A stretch of DNA of 64,000 nt from assembly GCA_014729775.1 (NCBI GenBank), contig WJJJ01000007.1, positions 94,302-158,301 on the forward strand, written 5' to 3'. The translations under genes were made by a program, and so were the position numbers. Of the stretch, positions 56,533 to 64,000 are shown piece by piece. Under the pieces are notes generated by a model. That model was not told where the DNA came from, did no database searches, and saw only the letters and a list, made by a program, of their open reading frames with translations. The first letter of the stretch is position 1. Each line of letters begins with the position of its first letter. Source of the stretch: Candidatus Omnitrophota bacterium. GTDB lineage: Bacteria; Omnitrophota; Gorgyraeia; Duberdicusellales; 4484-171.

Positions 56533-57603
56533 ATGATAAACTTCGGCAAGTTCCGCGAAGAATATGAAGTTCTTGCCCAAGAACTTGCGGCCGAAGAGGT
56601 ATTTAAAGACCGCGAACGGTACGTAAGCCTTTCCAAACGCTTCTCTTTCCTTGAGCGCGTTCTCCAGCTCGTCGACGAACGCGAACGGATGCTGCGAGAG
56701 CAGGATCAGCTGAAAAAGATGATTGCCGACGAAGGTGAGGACGAAGAAATGAAAACAATGGCAAAAGACGAACTGCCTCATCTGGAAGAAAAGGCAGCCG
56801 CATTGGAGGAGGATCTGGAGGAAATGATCTTTCAGCAGGATGAGCCGGAGCGGGATTTGATTTTCGAAATACGTGCCGCCGCCGGAGGAGACGAAGCCAC
56901 GCTCTTTGCGGGTGATTTATTCAAAATGTATTCCCGGTACATCGAAGGAAAAGGATGGAAACAGGAAGTCTTGAGTTCGCATGAAACAGAGGTCGGAGGC
57001 CTGAAAGAAATCAATTTCTCGGTGAAAGGGGAGGGGGTCTTCTCTCATTTGAAGTTTGAGAGCGGCGTGCACCGCGTGCAGCGGGTGCCGGCGACGGAGT
57101 CCGGAGGGCGTATCCATACTTCTACCGTGACCGTGGCAGTGCTCATTGAGCCCAAAGAGATCGAATTCCGTTTGAACCAGGAAGATTTGAAAATAGAAAC
57201 TTTCCGTGCTTCGGGACGGGGCGGGCAGCACGTGAACGTGACCGATTCGGCGGTGCGCATCACCCATTTGCCGACGCACACGACGGTCAGCTGTCAAGAT
57301 GAACGTTCGCAGATTAAGAACAGGGAAAAAGCGATGCGGGTGATCAAGGCGCGGGTGCTGGAGAAAAAAGAGCGCGAGGAAGGGAAAAAGCGGGGCGATA
57401 TCCGGCGGACGCAGATCGGGAGCGGTGAACGGAGTGAGAAAATACGCACGTATAATTTCCCCGAACGGCGCGTGACCGATCACCGGATTAATTTTACTCT
57501 GTATCGGCTGGAGGCCGTGCTTGAAGGCGATCTCGACGAAATCATAAAGAAACTGAGGAAAGCGGACCGGCGCAAGAAATATGAATCTAAAGGACTGGCT
57601 TAA
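56533..57603 (+). CDS. prfA: Peptide chain release factor 1
   Basis: GGQ motif SGRGGQHVN and PxT-region (RVPATESGGRIHTSTV). Confidence 0.95.
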   Translation: MINFGKFREEYEVLAQELAAEEVFKDRERYVSLSKRFSFLERVLQLVDERERMLREQDQLKKMIADEGEDEEMKTMAKDELPHLEEKAAALEEDLEEMIFQQDEPERDLIFEIRAAAGGDEATLFAGDLFKMYSRYIEGKGWKQEVLSSHETEVGGLKEINFSVKGEGVFSHLKFESGVHRVQRVPATESGGRIHTSTVTVAVLIEPKEIEFRLNQEDLKIETFRASGRGGQHVNVTDSAVRITHLPTHTTVSCQDERSQIKNREKAMRVIKARVLEKKEREEGKKRGDIRRTQIGSGERSEKIRTYNFPERRVTDHRINFTLYRLEAVLEGDLDEIIKKLRKADRRKKYESKGLA

Positions 57604-58396
57604 AGCCCAGCGGGGCGCGTTGTGTGAGAATGAGGTGCGGTTTGTATGGGATGTGCGTTTCCCGGAGGAGGCGCTGCCGGTTCTCGGCGATGTTTCCCTG
57701 AGCCGGATACAACTGGACGTGTGCAACGAGATTGTCCGGAGGAAGCGGGCAGGGACGCCTCTGCCTTATATTTTGGGAAGGGAAATGTTTTATGGTTTGA
57801 TGTTCGAGGTGAACTCTTCCGTTTTGATCCCGCGTCCCGAAACGGAAAGGATCACCGAACGGGCGCTGGCCTGCGCGGGTGACGGAATGCAGGTGCTCGA
57901 TCTGTGTTCCGGTTGCGGCAATATCGCCGTCGTGCTCAAGACCCATCTTCCCGGCCTGCGGGTGTACGGTGCGGACAGTTCTGCGGAAGCCCTGGAGGTT
58001 GCCGCGGCAAATGCGCGCCGGCACGGGGTGTCGATCGACTGGATACATGCCGATTTGTTTTCCGGTGTGCGCGGGAGGAGGTTCGATCTCATTGTGTCCA
58101 ATCCTCCTTACGTGGCTCCGGAGGAAATCAGGGGGACGTTATGCGCCGAGCCCAGGAGCGCGCTCGACGGCGGCCGGGAAGGAACAGCGATGATCGACCG
58201 CATACTGCGGGATGCCCCGGCCTTTTTGAAAAAAAAGGGACACCTTATCCTTGAAATCGGGTATAATCATAAAGAGTATGTGGCCCGGCAGGTTTCGCGA
58301 GCAGGATGTTATTCCGTGAAAGAATGGATCGTGGATTATGCCGGTATTTCTCGCGGAGTAGTCCTCCAGCATCACCAAGAGAGGAAATATGGATAA
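57581..58396 (+). CDS. prmC: Release factor glutamine N5-methyltransferase (PrmC/HemK)
   Basis: SAM-binding DLCSGCGNIA and NPPY motif IVSNPPYVA. 23-nt overlap with prfA. Confidence 0.85.
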   Translation: MNLKDWLKAQRGALCENEVRFVWDVRFPEEALPVLGDVSLSRIQLDVCNEIVRRKRAGTPLPYILGREMFYGLMFEVNSSVLIPRPETERITERALACAGDGMQVLDLCSGCGNIAVVLKTHLPGLRVYGADSSAEALEVAAANARRHGVSIDWIHADLFSGVRGRRFDLIVSNPPYVAPEEIRGTLCAEPRSALDGGREGTAMIDRILRDAPAFLKKKGHLILEIGYNHKEYVARQVSRAGCYSVKEWIVDYAGISRGVVLQHHQERKYG

Positions 58397-59654
58397 ATTT
58401 ATCGTGCAGAATTCTTCTTTACGCGGTACCGTTTCCATCAGCGGCTCCAAGAATGCCGCGCTGCCGATGATGGCGGCTTCATTGTTAACCGACAAAACAT
58501 GCGAGTTCCACCGGGTACCGGATTTGATGGATATCAGGACGATGGGTAGAATACTCGAAGTGCTGGGGAAAAAGGTGGAATTCCGGGCCAAAAAGCTTGT
58601 GATCCGGCCGGGAAGCGGAGCGCTTCGTTCGAGCGGTCTGGCTCCCTATCAATTGGTGCGCACCATGAGGGCTTCTTTTTGTTGTTTGGGGCCGCTGCTC
58701 GCCAAAAACAAAAAGGCGAAAGTCGCCCTGCCGGGCGGGTGCGCGATCGGCGTGCGGCCGGTCGATCTGCATCTGAAAGGATTACGAGAGCTCAACGCCC
58801 GCATCGAAGTGCAAAAAGGGTACTGTTTCGGTGACGGCAGTCAATTGAAGGGTGCGCGTATTTATTTAGGCGGTCCGTTCGGCTCCTCGGTGCTGGCCAC
58901 CGCAAACGTGCTGATGGCTGCGGTGTTGGCGCGGGGCCGCACGGTAATCGAATACGCCGCCTGTGAACCGGAAATCAAAGCCTTGGCCGAAGTCCTGAAA
59001 AAAATGGGTGCCCGCCTCGAGGGAGCAGGAACGCCTCGTATCGAGATCGAAGGAGTGAGAACCCTTTGCGGCGTAGTGCATGAGGTGCCGCCGGACAGGA
59101 TCGAAGCGGGGACGTTTATCGCCGCGGCGCTGGGAACGAAGTCGTCCATTGAACTGCAGGGAGTCGACGCGTCTCATCTTACTTCCGTGACGGAAGTCGT
59201 GAAAACGATGGGAGGAGCGCTTCAGTTCCGGGACGACCGCTGCCGGGTGCGGGCTCCCCGGACGCTTCGGCCGGTAAATATTACCACCCTGCCTTATCCC
59301 GGGTTCCCTACCGATCTGCAGGCCCAGTTTACGGTATGCTTGACTCTGGCCAAGGGTATTTCCCTGATTACCGAGAAGATCTATCCCGACCGTTTTATGC
59401 ATGTGCAGGAGTTGAACCGGATGGACGCCAAGATTCAGCGGACCGGACCTTATGCGATTATTGAAGGCCGGCGCCGGCTATACGGAGCTGAAGTGATGGC
59501 GTCGGATCTGCGGGCCTCGGCGGCGTTGGTGATTGCCGGGCTCGCGGCTGAAGGGACGACTGAGATACTCCGCGTGTACCATATAGACCGCGGATATGAG
59601 CACATCGAACGGAAATTGAGGAAACTGGGAGCGAAGATCCGCCGGATAAAGTGA
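58389..59654 (+). CDS. murA: UDP-N-acetylglucosamine 1-carboxyvinyltransferase
   Basis: EPT-fold. MurA motifs (ISGSKNAALP, catalytic Cys in LPGGCAIGVRPVD). Confidence 0.95.
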   Translation: MDKFIVQNSSLRGTVSISGSKNAALPMMAASLLTDKTCEFHRVPDLMDIRTMGRILEVLGKKVEFRAKKLVIRPGSGALRSSGLAPYQLVRTMRASFCCLGPLLAKNKKAKVALPGGCAIGVRPVDLHLKGLRELNARIEVQKGYCFGDGSQLKGARIYLGGPFGSSVLATANVLMAAVLARGRTVIEYAACEPEIKALAEVLKKMGARLEGAGTPRIEIEGVRTLCGVVHEVPPDRIEAGTFIAAALGTKSSIELQGVDASHLTSVTEVVKTMGGALQFRDDRCRVRAPRTLRPVNITTLPYPGFPTDLQAQFTVCLTLAKGISLITEKIYPDRFMHVQELNRMDAKIQRTGPYAIIEGRRRLYGAEVMASDLRASAALVIAGLAAEGTTEILRVYHIDRGYEHIERKLRKLGAKIRRIK

Positions 59655-59655
59655 T

Positions 59656-60222
59656 ATGAAAATTCTGGTCATTGATAATTATGATTCTTTTACCTACAAC
59701 CTTGTGCAGTATCTGCAGGAGCTCGGCGCACGCACCGTCGTGTACAGGAACGATGAGGTTTCCGTGGAGCAGGCCCGAAAAAAAAGAATCGATAAAATCG
59801 TGATTTCCCCGGGTCCGGGCCGTCCTGAAAGTGCGGGGATTAGCTGTGCGCTCATAAAGGAAATGTATTCACATATTCCGATATTAGGAGTCTGTTTAGG
59901 GCATCAGTGCATTGGGCAGGTATTCGGCGGAGAAATCGTAAAATCGGGTAAAATAATGCACGGCAAGACGTCCCAGGTATTTCATCACGGCCGGGGGCTT
60001 TTTCACGGAATTCCCAGTCCCTTTACCGCGACCCGTTATCATTCCCTGGTGATTTCCCGCAATAATTTTCCGGTCAATTTAACCGTGACTGCGCGGACGA
60101 AGGACGATACAATAATGGGAGTGAAAGAAAAGACCAATCCTTTATTCGGAGTCCAGTTTCATCCGGAGTCCATCCTCACGGGTGAAGGAAAAACTCTCCT
60201 GAATAATTTTCTGAAAATATGA
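59656..60222 (+). CDS. trpG: Anthranilate/aminodeoxychorismate synthase glutamine amidotransferase component II
   Basis: Class I GATase triad context LGVCLGHQ, plus GVQFHPES. Confidence 0.85.
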   Translation: MKILVIDNYDSFTYNLVQYLQELGARTVVYRNDEVSVEQARKKRIDKIVISPGPGRPESAGISCALIKEMYSHIPILGVCLGHQCIGQVFGGEIVKSGKIMHGKTSQVFHHGRGLFHGIPSPFTATRYHSLVISRNNFPVNLTVTARTKDDTIMGVKEKTNPLFGVQFHPESILTGEGKTLLNNFLKI

Positions 60223-61262
60223 TACGAGAAGCATTGCATCGTCTGGCGGAAGGAAAATCTCTCTCTTACGAGAAGACGCGGGAAGTGTTCGAGGAAATAT
60301 TTGAAAAGAGGGCCTCGGCCGCGCAGATTGCCGCGTTTTTGTTCGGATTGAAACGGAAAGGCGAAACCGAACAGGAAATCGCCGCCGCGGCCGCCGTGGT
60401 GCGGAGTAAAGCCAGGAAAATTCTGATACGGGACAATTTGGTCGAGATCGACACGGAAGATGAATTCCTTGTCGACACCTGCGGAACCGGAGGTTCCGGA
60501 GTGGCCAAAGCGAATATCTCCACCGGGGTGGCCTTTGTGGTAAGTGCGGCCGGCGTGCGGGTCGCGAAGCACGGGAACCGGGCGATGTCTTCCGGATGCG
60601 GCAGCGCCGACGTGCTGGAAGCGCTGGGTGTCGATGTCAACGTGCCGCCCGAAATCATGGCCGATGCGATCCGTGCCACGGGAATCGGATTTCTTTATGC
60701 GCCGTTGTATCATCCTGCGTTAAAGGAAGTCGCCGGGATACGCCGGGAGATGGGCATCAGGACTATTTTCAATATTCTCGGTCCGTTGTGCAACCCGGCA
60801 CAGGCAACGCATCAGCTGTTAGGGGTGTATCGAAAAGATCTTGTGCCGGTCATGGCCAGGGTGTTGAGACGGCTGGGGACAAAGAACGCGCTAATCGTAT
60901 GGAGTGAGGATTTGAAAGATGAGGTGTCTCTTTCCCGGCCGACCTACGCGGCGCTGCTGCGCAACAAAAGAGTCCGCCAGTTTCTTATCCGTCCCGGTGA
61001 TTTTAAATTAAAAAGAATGCGCAAGGTCCCTCCGGCGGTCAACGATGTCCGGACCAGCGCGCGGTTGCTGAGAGAAGTCTTTCGCGGGGAGCATAATCCG
61101 GCAAGGGATCTGATCCTGGCGAACACGGCAGCTTGTTTTCTTATGATGGGGAAGGTAAAAGAGTTGAAAGCCGGCGTGGATATGGCCGCCGAACTGATCG
61201 ATTCCGGGGCGGCGGGGAAGAAGTTAAAGGAACTGAAAATATTCGTGGCGGATCATGCATAA
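60219..61262 (+). CDS. trpD: Anthranilate phosphoribosyltransferase
   Basis: Motifs DTCGTGGSG and KHGNRAMSS. Confidence 0.9.
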   Translation: MIREALHRLAEGKSLSYEKTREVFEEIFEKRASAAQIAAFLFGLKRKGETEQEIAAAAAVVRSKARKILIRDNLVEIDTEDEFLVDTCGTGGSGVAKANISTGVAFVVSAAGVRVAKHGNRAMSSGCGSADVLEALGVDVNVPPEIMADAIRATGIGFLYAPLYHPALKEVAGIRREMGIRTIFNILGPLCNPAQATHQLLGVYRKDLVPVMARVLRRLGTKNALIVWSEDLKDEVSLSRPTYAALLRNKRVRQFLIRPGDFKLKRMRKVPPAVNDVRTSARLLREVFRGEHNPARDLILANTAACFLMMGKVKELKAGVDMAAELIDSGAAGKKLKELKIFVADHA

Positions 61263-62037
61263 CGTATTGTCTCTTATTCTGGATGCGAAAAAGAAAAAGG
61301 TGGCGGTCTTGAAAAAGAACCGCCAGGCACTGAGGTCTTTAGTGAAAAAAGCGCCTGCTCCGCGATCTTTCAGCAAAGCGCTTCGCCGGGATAAAAAAAT
61401 CTCTTTGATCGGGGAAATAAAGCAGGCGTCTCCGTCAGAGGGCATTCTGAGAAAAGAGTTCGATCCGTTCAAGATCGCCCAGGCATACGCAAAAGCGAAA
61501 GTGAACGCGATCTCCGTGCTCACCGAAGAGGAATTCTTTTTAGGGAAGCTCAGCTATATCGAGTCCATCAAGAAAAAGATGAACATTCCCGTCCTGCGAA
61601 AGGATTTCATCATTGACGAAGCGCAAATTCTGGAAGCCCGCGCGGCAGGCGCGGATTCCGTGTTGCTGATCATGTCGATTCTCAAAGAGGAGCAGTTTAA
61701 GAAGCTTTATGCGTTGGCAAAAGAATTGAAAATGGAACCACTGGTGGAGGTGCATACTGAAAAAGAGCTGAAGAAGGTCCTCCAGGTCGGGGTAGAGATC
61801 GTGGGAGTAAACAACCGGAACCTGCATACTCTGCAAGTTGATCTGAAAAAGACGGAAAAGCTCATGCCGTTTATCCCAGCTGATGTCGTCAAGGTAAGTG
61901 AGAGCGGAATTCATTCTTTGAAAGACGTACTGTTGCTCAAAGGGTTGGGAGTCAACGCGGTATTAATCGGCACCGCGTTTATGAAAGCCGATCAGATTGA
62001 AGAGAAAGTACGGGAACTCCATCCGGATAGAGAATAA
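61255..62037 (+). CDS. trpC: Indole-3-glycerol phosphate synthase
   Basis: IGEIKQASPS, DFIID, and VNNRNL motifs. Confidence 0.9.
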   Translation: MHNVLSLILDAKKKKVAVLKKNRQALRSLVKKAPAPRSFSKALRRDKKISLIGEIKQASPSEGILRKEFDPFKIAQAYAKAKVNAISVLTEEEFFLGKLSYIESIKKKMNIPVLRKDFIIDEAQILEARAAGADSVLLIMSILKEEQFKKLYALAKELKMEPLVEVHTEKELKKVLQVGVEIVGVNNRNLHTLQVDLKKTEKLMPFIPADVVKVSESGIHSLKDVLLLKGLGVNAVLIGTAFMKADQIEEKVRELHPDRE

Positions 62038-62654
62038 TGAAGGTCAAAATTTGCGGGATCACCAACGAACGGGACGCGCGCGCGGCAGCCTCCGAAGGAG
62101 CCGATGCCCTCGGATTTATCTTCGTGGAAAAAAGCCCGCGCTATATCTCTCCGGATGACGCCGCTTCGGTTATCCGGCAGATCGGTCCCTATGTGACCAC
62201 GGTCGGGGTATTCGGGGATCATCCGGCCGAACAGGTGCGCGTGATTGCCGGGCGGACGGGGGTGTCAGTACTGCAATTTCACGGAAGCGAGAGCGCGGAT
62301 TTTTGCCGCGGGTTTTCGCCCCGATGGAAGGTCGTGAAAACGGTATTTCCCCATCAGCGGCCTTACCGGCCGGCGGTTGCCGGGTATTCCGCGGACGCTT
62401 ATCTGTGTGACGTGTTGTTCGAACAGAAAACGCGGGGTGTTTCCCGTCTTGCGCCGGATGCCTTGGAAGAGATCAAGGAGCTCATACGGGACGGGGTGCG
62501 GATCGTGATTTCCGGAGGGATTACTCCCGCGAACGTGGAAGAAATTCTTCCTCTACGCCCTTACGGGATTGATGTGTGCAGCGGAGTCGAACATGGTCCG
62601 GGGCAGAAAGATCCGGATAAGATGAAATGTTTGCTGAGCAAGGCGAGGCAATGA
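62037..62654 (+). CDS. trpF: Phosphoribosylanthranilate isomerase
   Basis: [10 protein letters not shown]-terminus, QFHGSE, and SGGI motifs. Confidence 0.85.
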   Translation: MKVKICGITNERDARAAASEGADALGFIFVEKSPRYISPDDAASVIRQIGPYVTTVGVFGDHPAEQVRVIAGRTGVSVLQFHGSESADFCRGFSPRWKVVKTVFPHQRPYRPAVAGYSADAYLCDVLFEQKTRGVSRLAPDALEEIKELIRDGVRIVISGGITPANVEEILPLRPYGIDVCSGVEHGPGQKDPDKMKCLLSKARQ

Positions 62655-63829
62655 CTATTCCCGACAAGAAAGGATATTTCGGACAGTTCGGCGGCCGGTT
62701 TATTCCGGAAACACTCTCCTGCTGCGTCGACGAATTGAACGAAGCTTATCGCGAAATAAAGAAGAACAAGGAATTCCGCGGTGAGCTGAAAAATCTGCTA
62801 CATACGTTCGCCGGGCGTCCCACCCCGCTTTATTTCGCCGGCAAATTAAGCCGTCTGTTCGGTATCAAGGTGTATCTGAAACGGGAGGACCTGCTGCATA
62901 CCGGCGCGCATAAAATTAACAACGCGCTGTCCCAGGCGCTGCTTGCGAAATATATGGGGAAAAAGAGGATCATTGCCGAAACAGGAGCCGGGCAGCACGG
63001 GGTAGCGGTAGCGACTGTCGCGGCGCTGTTCGGGTTCAAGTGCGACATTTTCATGGGGGAGGAGGATATCCGCCGCCAGAAAGTGAACGTGTCCCGGATG
63101 CGTATTCTGGGTGCCCGGGTGGTGCCGGTGTCGTCGGGGACAAGAACTCTGAAGGACGCCTGCAGTGAAGCGATGCGGGATTGGGTCACCCGCGTCAAAG
63201 ATACGTATTATCTGGTCGGGTCTACGTTCGGTCCCCATCCTTATCCGCTGCTCGTGCGCGATTTCCAATCCGTGATCGGGAAAGAAGCGCGGAAACAGAT
63301 CCTTCGCGAAACGGGACGTCTGCCCGAATATCTTATTGCCTGCGTCGGGGGCGGCAGTAACGCTATCGGCTTGTTTCATCCGTTCTTCAAAGACAAAAAG
63401 GTGGAATTTATCGGGGTGGAAGCCGGGGGGCTGGGCATCCGCCGGGAGAATTCGGCTTCGCTGGTAGCCGGGCACGTAGGCGTGTTGCACGGGACCAAGA
63501 CCTACGTGCTTCAGGATAAATTCGGGCAGGTGAAAAACGCCCATTCCGTCGCGCCGGGACTTGATTATCCCGGGGTCGGACCTGAACATGCCCATTACGC
63601 GAAAAGCGGCCGTGCCCGGTACGTGGCCGTTTTAGATCGGGAAGCGCTGGAGGGGTTTTCTTTACTCTCCCGGCAGGAGGGAATTATCCCGGCGTTGGAA
63701 TCGGCGCACGCAATTGCCTACCTGAAAAAAATAAAACCCAGACGGAAAAATGCCGTGGCGGTAGTCTGTTTGTCGGGGCGGGGGGATAAGGACCTCGATA
63801 TTCTTCAGGAATATGAGCATGACGATTGA
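62651..63829 (+). CDS. trpB: Tryptophan synthase beta chain (canonical TrpB1)
   Basis: [13 protein letters not shown]-lysine HTGAHKINN, and GGGSNAIG motifs. 4-nt ATGA overlap with trpF. Confidence 0.95.
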   Translation: MTIPDKKGYFGQFGGRFIPETLSCCVDELNEAYREIKKNKEFRGELKNLLHTFAGRPTPLYFAGKLSRLFGIKVYLKREDLLHTGAHKINNALSQALLAKYMGKKRIIAETGAGQHGVAVATVAALFGFKCDIFMGEEDIRRQKVNVSRMRILGARVVPVSSGTRTLKDACSEAMRDWVTRVKDTYYLVGSTFGPHPYPLLVRDFQSVIGKEARKQILRETGRLPEYLIACVGGGSNAIGLFHPFFKDKKVEFIGVEAGGLGIRRENSASLVAGHVGVLHGTKTYVLQDKFGQVKNAHSVAPGLDYPGVGPEHAHYAKSGRARYVAVLDREALEGFSLLSRQEGIIPALESAHAIAYLKKIKPRRKNAVAVVCLSGRGDKDLDILQEYEHDD

Positions 63830-64000
63830 GGAAACGTTTCGTGTCCTAGCGGAAGAGAAAAAGCGGGCGTATATCCCGTATCTTCCCTGCGGATTTCCCA
63901 CGCTTGCCCATACCGAAAAACTGATTTTGGCTCTGCAGGATGCCGGCGCGCACGTCATTGAACTGGGAATGCCGTTTTCCGATCCTCTCGCCGACGGGAA
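63813..64000 (+). CDS. trpA: Tryptophan synthase alpha chain, 5' part (continues beyond window)
   Basis: [30 protein letters not shown]...[14 protein letters not shown] matches the TrpA N-terminus. Overlaps the trpB end out of frame. Confidence 0.7.
   Translation, partial: MSMTIEETFRVLAEEKKRAYIPYLPCGFPTLAHTEKLILALQDAGAHVIELGMPFSDPLADG

Noticed and set aside
55470-57726. Minus-strand ORFs (55470-56258, 56917-57726) antisense to rho/rpmE and prfA
   Set aside because: They are antisense to highly conserved genes and have no domains.

Overview
This window is a 64 kb stretch of a moderately GC-rich bacterial chromosome, gene-dense and mostly plus-strand, with tight gene overlaps that suggest translational coupling. 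Two housekeeping blocks flank one accessory block.

The 5' part holds, on the plus strand, a rarA 3' end, PAC2, NIF3, dnaG-rpoD, a TrpB2-like PLP enzyme, gatCAB, ctpA, tsaD, mgtC-like, a bactofilin-HTH pair and a cupin protein. On the minus strand it has an MBL-fold hydrolase, a tRNA-Leu(GAG) and a FIST / histidine kinase / REC-GGDEF operon. The 3' part is plus-strand only: rplU, proBA, nadD, PMM/PGM, plsC, rpsA, tyrS, gap-pgk-tpiA-secG, a TPR protein, polA, coaE, rho, rpmE, prfA-prmC, murA and trpGDCFBA.

Between them, starting about 500 nt downstream of a tRNA-Met(CAT) and ending at the rplU promoter, lies an ~18 kb co-directional biosynthetic cluster (about 20.8-38.7 kb). It encodes an AMP-dependent ligase, a type-II-PKS-like KS-alpha plus a catalytically dead CLF-like KS-beta, an ACP, a cyclase-family protein, two SRPBCC proteins, a PCP_red-like protein, a ketopantoate-reductase-like and an SDR reductase, a tandem TIGR04076-like protein, an MFS exporter, a B12-binding radical SAM enzyme, an amidohydrolase and a class IV aminotransferase. 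It also carries a set resembling a 5'-deoxyadenosine/MTA salvage (DHAP-shunt-like) module: a nucleoside phosphorylase, an MtnA-like isomerase, a class II aldolase fused to an SCP2 domain, and an aldehyde dehydrogenase. This cluster is the main candidate for an undescribed system.

No CRISPR array, integrase, transposase or rRNA gene was seen. Several consensus sigma70 promoters, two probable leaderless starts, a near-perfect 39-nt palindrome with a related copy 8 kb away, and a decayed tRNA-Leu 5' fragment are also noted.
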